From contig NC_086112.1 in NCBI RefSeq assembly GCF_963921235.1, positions 53,816,001 to 53,880,000 on the forward strand: a DNA stretch of 64,000 bases, in the 5' to 3' direction. Position numbers and translations under genes: made by a program. This stretch comes from Mobula hypostoma. Its lineage: Eukaryota. Under the pieces are notes generated by a model. That model was not told the origin of the DNA. It did not search any database and saw only the letters and a list, made by a program, of their open reading frames with translations. This document shows, in pieces, positions 1 to 10,726 of the stretch; the first letter of the stretch is position 1, and each line of letters opens with the position of its first letter.

Positions 1-2071
1 ATACAAAGTCAAACAACCAGGGTCACTCTCCATTCAAGACATCCACGGGCACAACATAAATATGAAGAGCAAGAAGGTGCAAGTAGCATTTCTGGGTGAC
101 AACGGCGCTGGCTCCAAATATCATTGTTATTATAATGCTATGTACACAAATATACTTGTCATATTTTCTTTAAAACACATTTATTCTAACTGCTTAAAAT
201 ATAGCAATAATCAAAGATAGATTTAAATACATAATGTTATTGTTTGCTATTTCCAAAAATGCAATGTGTATGATCTTTTCATTATTCAAGTGACAACCAC
301 ATTACCAGGGAGTTGCATTGCAGGAAAATGGGTAGTATCACGACTCTCTGTAATGTGAACCCATGTTATCTGTACACGCATCAAAAAAATGCAAATTGAA
401 AAATTAATTTACTTTGCCCCCCCCACCACAATTTCCACAAGTGTGAATTTTATTCTCTATCTCAACTTTTTTGGACAGCAACATACAACTTCTGCAAAGG
501 CAAATTTCTGTAACACAGGCATCATCTCTAGGTAAATTTGCAATCAGAGGCATACTAGCGTACTAGCCAGTTATCCAAACATAACATGTGTCTGTGCATT
601 CAAAATGTATGATACATTATTTGGTTCTCCAGGTGTTTTGGGCACAGCTCAGTGACATACTAATTCTTACAAGGGAATGAAAGAATTCCCTCCTTTGGGT
701 TCAGAATAAGAAGTAGTAAAGCTTCTTGAAAGTAGATGGAATGCTAAAATTGTACGTGTGTTTGATTATAAAGAAAGAGGCACACATAGCCATCATGTTT
801 TTCCAAAGACTACTCTCTTTGGTTTCCTAGAAATAGCCCTTACCAAATAGCAACCCTGGGTGCAAGTAAGATGCCAATGCAGCATCATTTCAAACAAACC
901 TTGATAGATAATGATAGAATGGGAAAATGGGTAACATAGAATCCAGAATATTAATGGTCAAATGGAATTCTAACACTTCATATTCATAACTCAACCACAT
1001 TAAGTGAAATTCTAGTCTTTAGTGAAGGTCATTCTGACTTCTGATCGAATTTAGAAAAGAAACTTCCAACAATAACCCCTGGCATGGATGGTGTTCAAGT
1101 GCATATTGAAAGTTTTATTACTCCGAGCTGCCCACAAAAAAGGTACAGAAAGCAGAAAGGAACAAAAAATATTCACCCTATAAAATATTACACTAACATC
1201 ACATTAATCTCTGAAAAAAAAGGGAGAGTGAAATCATTTTTTGACCATCACTTGCTCACAACATCTGGAAACCACTTCATCATTACTCAAGGTTTCCTAC
1301 AGAAAAGTAAGCATGCCTTTTCCTGGTTGAAATTAAACCTAAGGATTATGACTGGGTGAAAATAACATTCTTAGAACAGAATTGCCCGAAAATCTGCTGT
1401 TACGGTGCAATTATTTTGGCACCCATGAGGGATCAATGAAAAAAATCTTCCATGAACACGTTTCTTTCAAACTACAATCATCTGTAAATGAAAATAAGCA
1501 ATGTAAACATGCCAGCCCAACTCACCCCTTGATACTATTTCCTTCTACACAAGTCCTGAGGCAGGGTCACCAAGGGACACATGGACTATCCTTCTGCCTC
1601 CTCAGATGCTGCTTAATCTACCAAATTCGAGTTCCTCCAGCATTATTTTGCTCCAGAACCAAATATCTAAATTCTCGTGTCTCAAACTTCGGTTTATCAT
1701 CCCATTGTATGAGATGTATTCATACACAATTCCCAATAAACGTGGACAAATAGATGCACTTCTTCAAAAGTAGAGATTTAACTATACTATTTAAAATATA
1801 AATCAGTCCCAGTTCTCCATCCTATTACTCAGTTTGACCGAAGGTACAGTTTACCTCTGTCAATGAGCAATGGGGGGGGGGTGAGAAGAAGGGGGAGAGG
1901 GCATATCACTTCACCTTGAAAGATCTTGGGACATCATCAACAACTTCGCATACCATTTTTAATGGAATGTATAATACACGAGTCTTGCTGATTTCCGTAC
2001 AAAGCTTCTAACAGCCGACAAGATGCAAAACTGAATGCAAATAAATTGCTGTAGAAGAGATAGATACGTAC
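1..2071 (-). other. SLC12A2: 5' part of SLC12A2 intron 1
   Basis: AT-rich sequence following the GT donor. No further NKCC1 exon was recognised before the window edge. Confidence 0.85.
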
Positions 2072-2737
2072 CTTCTCGAGCTCATCGTGCAGCTCGGCCA
2101 GGCTGGGTCTGATCAGCTTCTCCCCCAGTTGGGCTACCGTGTTGCGGTAGTGGTCGATTCTGGGCACCGCGTCGATGGTGTTATGCCCGAAGGTCCTGAG
2201 ATAGTAGGTGTTACTGTGCGTGTCGTAGTAGTGGTGAGCGCTGGTGCCTGATGAGTGCAGACTACCCTCGCTGAGCATGGTATCGCCGTTCTGCGGGTAG
2301 CCGTTCATGGCTTCACTAGCTGTCGGCTGCCCGTAGGAACACGACGCCGAGGAAGTGGCGCCGGTGACGGCAGAGGTGGCTCCCGGCTCGCCCGAGCCCG
2401 GCTCCACGAAATTGACACGGAATCGTCCCTTGGCCTCTTCGGCGTCCGTGGCGGGGGGTAGCGACGACTCGACCGGGTTCGGGGCCGCGGCGCCACCATC
2501 CCTCCCGTCCTTGGTGCCGGGAGGCGGTGGCGGCGGCTGACCGGCAGCGGCATCGGCATCGGCGGGCGGGCTCCGACCCTTCTGGTCGTCGCCGGTGCCT
2601 CCTCCTCCCGCCTCGGTCACCAGGTCGACCTGGAAGCGGCTCTGACTCGCCACGGGTCGGAGCGGCGCTGCGGGCTGCTGCTGCGGCGGCGGCTCCCCCC
2701 CGGGCTCCGTGCCGACCTGGGGCTGCTCACCCTCCAT
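2072..2737 (-). CDS. SLC12A2: Na-K-2Cl cotransporter NKCC1, coding part of exon 1 (222 codons, cytoplasmic N-terminus)
   Basis: ATG at 2737 in strong Kozak context (AGAATGG). The translation contains [41 protein letters not shown] and [13 protein letters not shown], all hallmarks of NKCC1. It ends at a phase-0 donor AAG|GTACGT (GT at 2071-2070). The ORF-track extensions beyond these limits are UTR and intron read-through. Confidence 0.96.
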
Positions 2738-3140
2738 TCTCACCCCGCTATCAAACGGATTAAAAGTAACCAAACACCGACTTCTCCCCGGCTCCCTTGG
2801 GTCGCTGCTCCCGGTTCCCCCGCTCCCGACCGGTCAGGGCCGGCGACCACAGCCGCCGGTCATCAATGGCGAGGGTGGCCAAGCGCCGCTCGCATGGCCA
2901 CGTCTAGCTGAATGAAGCAAGTGAAGCGGTATATTTGTTTCCTTCCTTGTGCCTCTACCCTTTCCGTTCTGCTGGGCTGTTGAGCTTTCTTTTATCTGAC
3001 GCCGCGCCGGGCGGGCTGCCGCCACCGCTCCTCCCACTGGAGGCTGCCGACTACGGCGAGGGTGCTGCTGCTGGAGACGCTCAGTAAACATCGCGAGAGA
3101 GAGAGCGACCGCCTTCACCGCTGCGCTGCCTTTCGCTAGT
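2080..3140 (-). promoter_or_regulatory. CpG island over SLC12A2 exon 1, 5'UTR and proximal promoter
   Basis: Sharp rise in GC and CpG content compared with the AT-rich, CpG-poor flanks. The TSS cannot be fixed from sequence. Confidence 0.8.
2834..2895 (-). promoter_or_regulatory. Two overlapping short upstream ORFs in the putative SLC12A2 5'UTR
   Basis: ATG 2895 gives MRAALGHPRH*. Its TGA overlaps ATG 2863 (TGATG), which gives MTGGCGRRP* ending at 2834. Confidence 0.45.
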
Positions 3141-3687
3141 ATACATACATATATCGTTCTTTCCATAGATGCTGCCAGGTCTGCAGAATCTCTTAAATAC
3201 CTCCAAGGGCAGCCTAGTGCTTTATCTCCCAAGTTCGTGTCATGAGAAACGCAAAACATCTATGAAAACTCAACGTCAAGCTTACGATACCCTGCTGATA
3301 ATGGAACTGGTGTGTTTACTAGAAGGCTGTTAAAGCACAAGAGAAAATCGTGCTGCATTAGGACTCAAATCTTCAATAAGACCAATGCGTATAAGGAAAA
3401 AAATACGAACAGGTGAGGATAAGAAAAAGTGGGAGATTAGAGAGGGTAAAGTAAAATCAAATGCGATGCATGGAAACTACAATGGGAAAATCAAATGGTA
3501 TTTGGTGAATAAATAGACCAGTCATAAATTTGTCTTTCGAGGGAAAAAAAAGTGCCTGCCACAGATGTGTTAGGTTAGGATGTCAGTGTTTGCACCTCCA
3601 TGCTCCCAACCCAAATTTCTTTCAGGTATTAGGGCACTTCCTATCCTCCTGCATGAACAGCACCTTAAAGAGAACAAACTGTTCTTA

Positions 3688-3846
3688 AGTAAACTTGAGG
3701 AATTCTGCAGATGCTGGAAATTCAAGCAACACATATCAAAGTTGCTGGTGAACGCAGCAGGCCAGGCAGCATCTCTAGGAAGAGGTGCAGTCGACGTTTC
3801 GGGCCGAGACCTTTCATCAGGACTAACTGAAGGAAGGAGGAACCAA
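3688..3846 (-). mobile_element. Penelope-like terminal-repeat (pLTR) fragment carrying a hammerhead motif
   Basis: Flanked by the 12-bp direct repeat aaactgttctta (3676-3687 and 3847-3858). Similar to the 3' end of the Penelope element at 34860-34990. Confidence 0.75.
3788..3825 (-). ncRNA. Minimal type I hammerhead ribozyme motif
   Basis: Minus strand reads UAGUC-CUGAUGA-A-AGGU CUCG GCCC-GAAAC-GUC|GACUG. It has the conserved core, a 5-bp stem I and a palindromic ACGU stem III. The first stem II pair is an A-C mismatch. Confidence 0.75.
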
Positions 3847-4052
3847 AAACTGTTCTTACGCCAATTTTCACACTACTGCATAGTCAACTGCATTAGAAAT
3901 CAGGGCAGAAGTGCAATTTAAATTAGAAATGATTGAGAATGTACATGAAAGCCATACAAAATTGCAATTGAAAAACGTGCTGCAGAGTTCTGGGCAGAGT
4001 AGCGACTATTATCAATGGTTGTCTTTTGCAAATGTTACTATGTTTAAGCTAT

Positions 4053-4710
4053 TCAGAATCAGGTTTATTATCACCAGCATGTGACGTAAAATTTGTTAAC
4101 TTAGCAGCAGCAGTTCAATGCAATACATAATCTAGCAGAGAGAAAAAAATAATAAATAAAATAAAACATAATAATAATAACTAAACAAGTAAATCAATTA
4201 CATATATTGAATAGATTTAAAAAGCTTGCAAAAACAGAAATAATGTGGATTTTAAAAAAAGTGAGGTAGTGTCCAAAGCTTCAATGTACATTTATGAATC
4301 AAATGGCAGAGCTGTTCCTGAATGGCTGAGTGTTTGCCGTCAGGCTTCTATAGCTCCTACGTGATGGTAACAGTGAGAAAAGAGCATGCCCTGGGGGCTG
4401 GAGGTCCTTAATAATGGATGCTGCCTTTCTGAGACACCGCTCCCTAAAGATGTCCTGGGTACTTTGTAGGCTAGTGCCCAAGATGGAGCTGACTAGATTT
4501 ACAACTTTCTGCAGATTCTTTCTGTCCTGTGCAGTAGCCCCTCCATACCAGACAGTGAGGCACCCTGTTAAAATGCTCTCCACAGTACAACTTTAGAAGT
4601 TTTTGACTGTATTTGTTGACATGCCAAATCTTTTCGAAGTCCTAATAAAGTATAGCCACTGTTTTGCCTACTTTGTAACTACATTGATATGTTGGGACCT
4701 GGTTAGATAA
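4053..4710 (-). mobile_element. Rex1/Babar-type LINE, 3' fragment
   Basis: C-terminal ORF2 peptide ESILTGCLTVWYG...IIKD..PGHALFSLLPS, followed by 3'UTR and cagaatcag tail. Near-duplicate of 7683-8340. Confidence 0.75.
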
Positions 4711-5178
4711 TTTTCATGGGTATTGTAGCAGTTTAAACTGTTTTCACCACTGTCCACAAATTTACATCAGCCTCCTACACTTAGGATTGCATGGCTAAAT
4801 TCTGCTCCAACTTCAAGTACAAAGTTGCAGATGTACGTGCACTATAGTGGGCTAAATCTCAAACAATATTGAGTCAGAGTACAGGAAGGAGATAAGAGTG
4901 CTCAGAGATATGATGTCATGACAACAATCTTTACCTCGATGTCAGGAAACAAAAGATCTGGTCACTCACTTCAGGAAGAATTTGTGTTTCTGTGGTGGGT
5001 TACACCTGCTCCTGACTACATCAATTCTGCTGAGGTTGAGAGCATTAAGAGCTTCAAATTCCAAGGAGTGAAGATCACCAACACCCCATCCTGGTTCCAC
5101 AGCCTAGAAAGCTTCTAATTCCTCAGAAGGCCAACCAAATCCAGCATGTCCCTACCGACCTTTACCAATCTTTAATCG

Positions 5179-6808
5179 ATGGTATCCTTGGACCTGGAGA
5201 CGGCCTTTGGCAGGATATCACACACGTACACGATGGACTTGCTTACCAAAATGGCTTCTTTGGAGGGAATCAGAAATTATCAAATCCAACTCTGCCAAAT
5301 TAATAGCGTAGTTCAAATTAATAGGTGTGAGCCTGGAGTCAGGCAGAGTTGTCCACTCTCCCCTGTCTGATTTGGGTGTTGATGGAACCCTTTGTTGAAT
5401 CCATCAGGAAGGATTGGGGAATGGGGAAAAGACTTACCAAAGATTGCCCACATCCTGATGATCACCTTCATGTGTCAGGCTGGATGTGGACCCAAAGTTC
5501 ATGCACACCAGGTGTCTTTATATGCTAAGGTTCTACCTGTCCCTGGTTTTGCACAATTTAGGCCTGGCTCCTTTACTGTACAATGGCTCAGTCAGCTGGT
5601 CATTGCTACAATATCTGACCTCTGCTAGAATTCTTCCAAGTAAACGCCTTTGACCACAAGTCCATCAGGGTCAACGTGAAAAGTCATGCAGACACTGCAG
5701 GACTGGAACACTGTGGATTCTGGGTTTGTTCCCTGAGCAAATGGTCCAAATAATGGCAGAATGCCTCAGCACCTGATCTGATCAACAAGCCCATGTGTAC
5801 CTAGGAAGTGCCCTCCCAGTCAAAGCTTTATTCTACAGATGCTACATCAACCCCAATGTACACTGCCCTTGGGATAGCTGTGGTGGAGAAGAGACAGTCA
5901 CCCACCTCTTTGCAAGGTGTGGATTTCCTAAGAGGATGTGGAGAAGGATACAAGAGTCCATGTCCTGGTTCACACTCAACAGTTGCGTAACAAAGGACTC
6001 TGTGATCTATGGGCTGTTCCCAAGAACACAAACTAAGACAGATATCAGGTGTTGCTGGAAGGTCAACAATTTGATGAAGGGTATCCTTTGGTTGCACGAA
6101 ACTTGTTGGTCTTCCAGTCCAGCAAACATCTAAAAGGGAATGAGCAAACTGGCTGATTCCAGGCTACAGGTGTACATGGTAAAGGATGCAATGAAGCTTG
6201 GTGCAGCCAAAGTTTAGTCTCTGTGGGGAATGACCACAGTACAGGCACCTTCCCTCAACAAACACAGAGGAGCTGAGTTGGGTGGGGGAAGCCCTTTGAA
6301 CAATGAAAGAAAGCCGTATAAGACCATAAGATTTAGGAGCAGAATTAGGCCATTTGGCCCATCAAGACTGCTCCACTATTTCATCATGGCTGATCCAATT
6401 TTCCTCTCAGCCCCAATCTCCTGCTTTCACCCCGTATCCCTTCATGCCCTGACCAACCTCTATCAACCTCTGTCTTAAATTTACATAAAGACCTGGCCTC
6501 CACAGCTGACTGTGGCAAAGAATTCCACAGATCACCACTCTCTGGCTAAAGAAATTCCTCCTCATCTCTATTCTAAAAGGACGCCCCTCTAATCTGAGGC
6601 TGTGTCCCCTGGTCTTAGACTCTCACACCATAGGAAACATGACCATATGACTGGCAATGGTGACATGTTTGTTTGTTACCTTTTCTCTTTAAAGTTCACA
6701 CTACTGAATGTACCAACCACAAATGTAAGCATTTTATTTTTTGCAGTTTCTTCATTTGTGTGTTGTTTTTTATCATGAATAAATTCTTATTTCTGAAATA
6801 AGATAAAA
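5179..6808 (+). mobile_element. Tx1/L1-clade LINE remnant (internally deleted RT plus C-terminal zinc knuckle)
   Basis: SLDLETAFGRISH (SLDxEKAFDRV-like), GVRQSCPLSP and CPWDSCGGEETVTHLFARC. AATAAA and an A-rich end near 6780-6808. Confidence 0.7.
6318..6645 (-). mobile_element. CR1 LINE 3' end inserted in the Tx1-like element
   Basis: Typical CR1 3'UTR with taagacca tail. Similar to 18066-18360 and 48375-48700. Confidence 0.75.
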
Positions 6809-7682
6809 ACCCTAGAAAGCATCCTACCTGAATTCATCGTAGCTTAGCATGACAACTGCTGTGCTTGTGACTGCAAGAAAATGCAGAGAGTTGTGGACAC
6901 AACTTAGACATCACAGGAATTAACCGCCATCTATACTCGACAATGCCTCATTAAAGCAACCAGCATAATCAAAGCCCCCACCCATCCCAGATATTCTCTC
7001 TGCTTTTTCCTATTGGGCAGAAGATACACAGCCTGAAAGCACTTCCCACCAGGCTCGAGGACAGTTTCTGCCCTGCTGTTAAAAGTTTTTGAATGGTTCC
7101 CTAGAATGGTAAAATAGATTCTTGACCTCATTATGATCTTACATCTTATTGTCTGCCTGCACTACACTTTCTCTGGAGCTGTTACAGTTTATTCTGCATT
7201 CTGTTACTGTTTTCTCTCGCATAACCTCAATACACAATGTAATGATTTGATCAGTATGAACAGTATGCAGGACAAGCTTTTCACTGTGCCTCAGTACATA
7301 TGCCAATGATAAAACAATTTCAAGTCATATTTTTAAAACATTTATATCATATTTGGGGAGTAACCATCAAGTTTATTTCACTACAGTGCAGTTAATTGTT
7401 CTAATGTAAGAATATAATTAATTTGGTTCCTAGGGGTCTGCTACAGAATCAGAAATCTGGGACAGACAAGCCTCAAGAGCATCCAAGAGTTAATCCAGAG
7501 GCCTGAAAGCAACCAAGGACATGAAAGACCTGAGAAGTGGCCCTACCTTAATTGCAATACTGTACACCAGTTTCCACAATACTCTATCACAGTTTAGAAA
7601 TAACATTAGTGAATCACTGAGGGGACAATGCACATTGCATAGTGTTACACAGCTTTGACAGCACAAATTAGACTATATAGTC

Positions 7683-9095
7683 CAGAATCAGAATCAGGTT
7701 TATTGTCATCGGTATGTGACGTGAAATTTGTTAACTTAGCAGCAGCAGTTCAATGCAATACATAATCTAGCAGAGAGAGAAAAAGTAATAATAATAATAA
7801 ATGAAATAAAACATAATAATAAATAAACAAACAAGTAAATCAATTACATGTATTGAATAGATTTTTTTTTAATGTGCAAAAACAGAAATACTCTATATTA
7901 AAAAAAAAGTGCTGTAGTGTCCAAAGCTTCAAAGTCCATTTAGGAATCGGATGGTAGAGGGGAAGAAGCTGTTCCTGATTTGCTAAGTGTGTACCTTCAG
8001 GCTTCTGTATCTCCTACCTGACAGTAACAGTGAGAAAAGGGCATGCCCTGGGTGCTGGATGTCCTTTATAATGGGCACTGCCTTTCTGAGACATTGCTCC
8101 CTAAAGATGTCCTGGGTACTTTGTAGGCTAGTGCCCAAGATGGAGCTGACTAGACTTACAACCTTCTGCAACTTCTTTCAATCCTGTGCAGTAGCCCCTC
8201 CATACCAGACAGTGATGCAGCCTGTCAGAATGCTCTCCACGGTACAATTATAGAAGTTTTTGAGTGTATTTGTTGACATGCCAAATCTCTTCAAACTCCT
8301 AATGAAGTATAGGAGCTGTCTTGCCTTCTTATGACTACATCGTAATGTGGGGACCAGGTTAGATCCTCAGAGATCTTGACACCCAGGAACTTGAAGCTGC
8401 TCACTCTCTCCACTTCTGATCCCTCTATGAGGATTGGTATGTGCTCCTTCGTCTTACCCTTCCTGAAGTCCACAATCAGCTCTTTCATCTTACTGACGTT
8501 GAGTGCCAGGTTGTCACTGCGGCACCATTCCACTAGTTGGCATATCTCACTCCAGTACGCCCTCTCGTCACCACCTGAGATTCTACCAACAATGGTTGTA
8601 TTGTCAGCAAATTTGTAGATGGTATTTGAGCTATGCCTAGACACACAGTCATGTGTATATAGAGAGCAGAGCAGTGGGCTAAGCACACACCCCTGAGGTG
8701 CACCAGTGTTGCAAGGAGGATATGTTATCACCAATCCGCACAGACTGGGTCTTCCAGTTAGGAAGTCAAGGATCCAATTGCAGAGGGAGGTACAGAGGCC
8801 CAGGTTCTGCAACTTCTCGATCAAGTTTGTGGGGATGTTGTATTAAATGCTGAGCTATAGTCAATGAACAGCATCCTGACGTAGGTGTTTGTGTTGTCTA
8901 GGTGGTCTAAAGCCGTGTGAAGAGACATTGAGATTGTGTCTGCCGTTGACCTATTATGGCAATAGGCAAATTGTAATGGGTCTAGGTCCTTGCTGAGGCA
9001 GGAGTTCAGTCTAGTCATAACTAACCTCTCAAAGCATTTCATCACTGTCAATGTGAGTGCTACCAGGCGATAGTTATTAAGGCAGCCCACATTAT
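7683..9095 (-). mobile_element. Rex1/Babar-type LINE, 5'-truncated, with degenerate RT
   Basis: [47 protein letters not shown] and SFKFLGV motifs; (cagaat)n tail. Confidence 0.88.
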
Positions 9096-9363
9096 TCTGT
9101 GGTTTGTGTTATTGTTTATATTGCAGCTTTTTGCTGTAATTTTCAATGTTATCTCTTTTTGGCATACCTTTCATTTCTTCCTCATTTGGTTCCTTATTAA
9201 ATAATGCTTGCAGTGAGATGCCGACAGAAAGACAGACGAAAGGGGCAAAAGATAAATTCTAAAATGGTATAATTTCATTTGAAATAAAATTTTATTTCTC
9301 AATCTCAGGACATCATCAAACATCTACAGATAAAATTCAATACTTTAATCTTGTAAGTTTAAT

Positions 9364-9925
9364 ATTCGTGTTCATCCATCATTGTCGATGAAGACCTCGA
9401 CACCAATTGATGGTGTCGAGACTAGCGCATGATTTGGATTTAAATGAGGGAGAGTTGCGCAGCGTCAGCCTCACTCTCTCTTCCCAATTCCCATCCTGAT
9501 CCAGTGGCAAGACAAGAGTCGAGACGGCTAGAGATGGGACTAGGCGCAGTGGATGACCAGGACAACTTCTATGTCTTGTCGTGCTCTACGCATTCCACAA
9601 CGCTTGCAGAGACCACCTTCTTGACCATTGGACCTTCCATTGGTCTCGTCCGCTCAATCTGCCGCAGTCCATCTTCACATGCTGGGATAGACAACTCCCT
9701 ATCTCACTGAGGGTTTGGGACCCATCAGCTACCCTCACCTGGTTTAGCCGGCTTGTCGAAGCCGATGCCCGGGGTGTGGCCGGTGTTGCATGCAAACAGC
9801 TACGGGGAGCCACAGGTGAGAGCTGAGTGCCAGATGGGACCAAAGGTGGACTAACTGCCTTGAAAAGGATGCAACATGTTCCCCCACCAGAGGTGCTACC
9901 CCTCCCTGACACCCCCATACACCCC
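9364..9925 (-). mobile_element. Non-autonomous, ribozyme-headed short retroelement (probably RTE-clade derived)
   Basis: 12-bp TSD with one mismatch (tgtaagtttaat 9352-9363, tgcaagtttaat 9926-9937). GC-rich, no recognisable coding domain. GATG-like 3' tail and a perfect 10-bp hairpin at 9396-9420. The RTE assignment is from recalled similarity to RTE 5'UTRs. Confidence 0.75.
9732..9925 (-). ncRNA. HDV-like (nested double pseudoknot) self-cleaving ribozyme
   Basis: P1 GGGGUGU (9925-9919)/ACACCCC (9777-9771); P2 CUCUCACCUGU (9822-9812)/ACCAGGUGAGGG (9743-9732); P3 GGC/GCC; L3 starts UCCCCG; P1.1 CC/GG; GGGCA linker; P4 CGGCUU-CGAC-AAGCCG; J4/2 G-C-U-A-A with the catalytic C at 9747. Confidence 0.8.
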
Positions 9926-10726
9926 TGCAAGTTTAATGAGCATGTATTGAAATCACTTCACCTTGAAGAAAGAAAGAATTCTAGGACTGGAAGTCAGAGA
10001 TGGACTGTGAGTAAATAAGAGATGAGTAGAAATTGCAAGCATCATTTTTGAAAATACAGGAAACAATGACATCATTTTATGGAGATTGAGTTTTAGGTAT
10101 CTGTGAAGAATAAAGATGCATTTAACACAGCAAAATTTTCAAAAGCACAGAAATTGATGATAAGCATTTTTAGTCCAGTCGTAGTCACTCTGTTGTACAA
10201 TCCCCGCACCTTTATCAACAGTAGGAAAACAGGTATAAATGATGTGAGTTCAGAATTTCCAATACTTCCCATTTTTAGTGAAATAATAAAGCCATATGTT
10301 TTGCATTATTGGTTAATTTTTATATTTAAAAAGAAAATTATTAAATTTTCATCGTATATTTTAGGACTAAACTACAATTCATTTTATGTAAATTATATTA
10401 AATCTTTGGGATATTTCAACAACACATTATTTTGTCCTTGGTTCTTAAAATACAGCTAGTTAAATTATGTTTTACAATTCATTCTCAAGATTACAGTAGT
10501 TGTAGTAATGTATTAAAAATGTGGACCAATTCATCAACGTTATTCAGCTGGGCTTCTGTGCAATGTATTGTACAAATAGTCATCTATTAGCTTTGTAATA
10601 AATTGCACATAAGAAAAAGCTTGCAATGTGTCTTTTTATTAATAAAAATGTGATTTTAGGAGGGTATTTGCTGAGAGCCATATCAGTTAGGTACAATGGA
10701 TCCACTAGATATTTAGATTAGATTAT

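Larger units (their letters stand above)
4750..7320 (+). mobile_element. Old Rex1/Babar-type LINE fragment split by nested insertions (4750-5178 and 6810-7320)
   Basis: Degenerate FAD..T.VG.ISNN and VE...SFKF.GV.IT motifs on the left. The sequence resumes with ESIL...IIK.P.HP motifs and a 3'UTR on the right. Confidence 0.6.

Noticed and set aside
1937-2071. C-terminal extension of the 278-aa ORF (VRIYLFYSN...)
   Set aside because: Read-through past the exon 1 GT donor into the intron; no NKCC1 similarity.
2255-2915. Several plus-strand and alternate-frame ORFs over exon 1
   Set aside because: Expected by-products of GC-rich, stop-poor sequence; no recognisable domains.
9444-10018. Overlapping short ORFs across the ribozyme-headed element
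   Set aside because: No RT or endonuclease motifs; the sequence is better explained as structured non-coding RNA.
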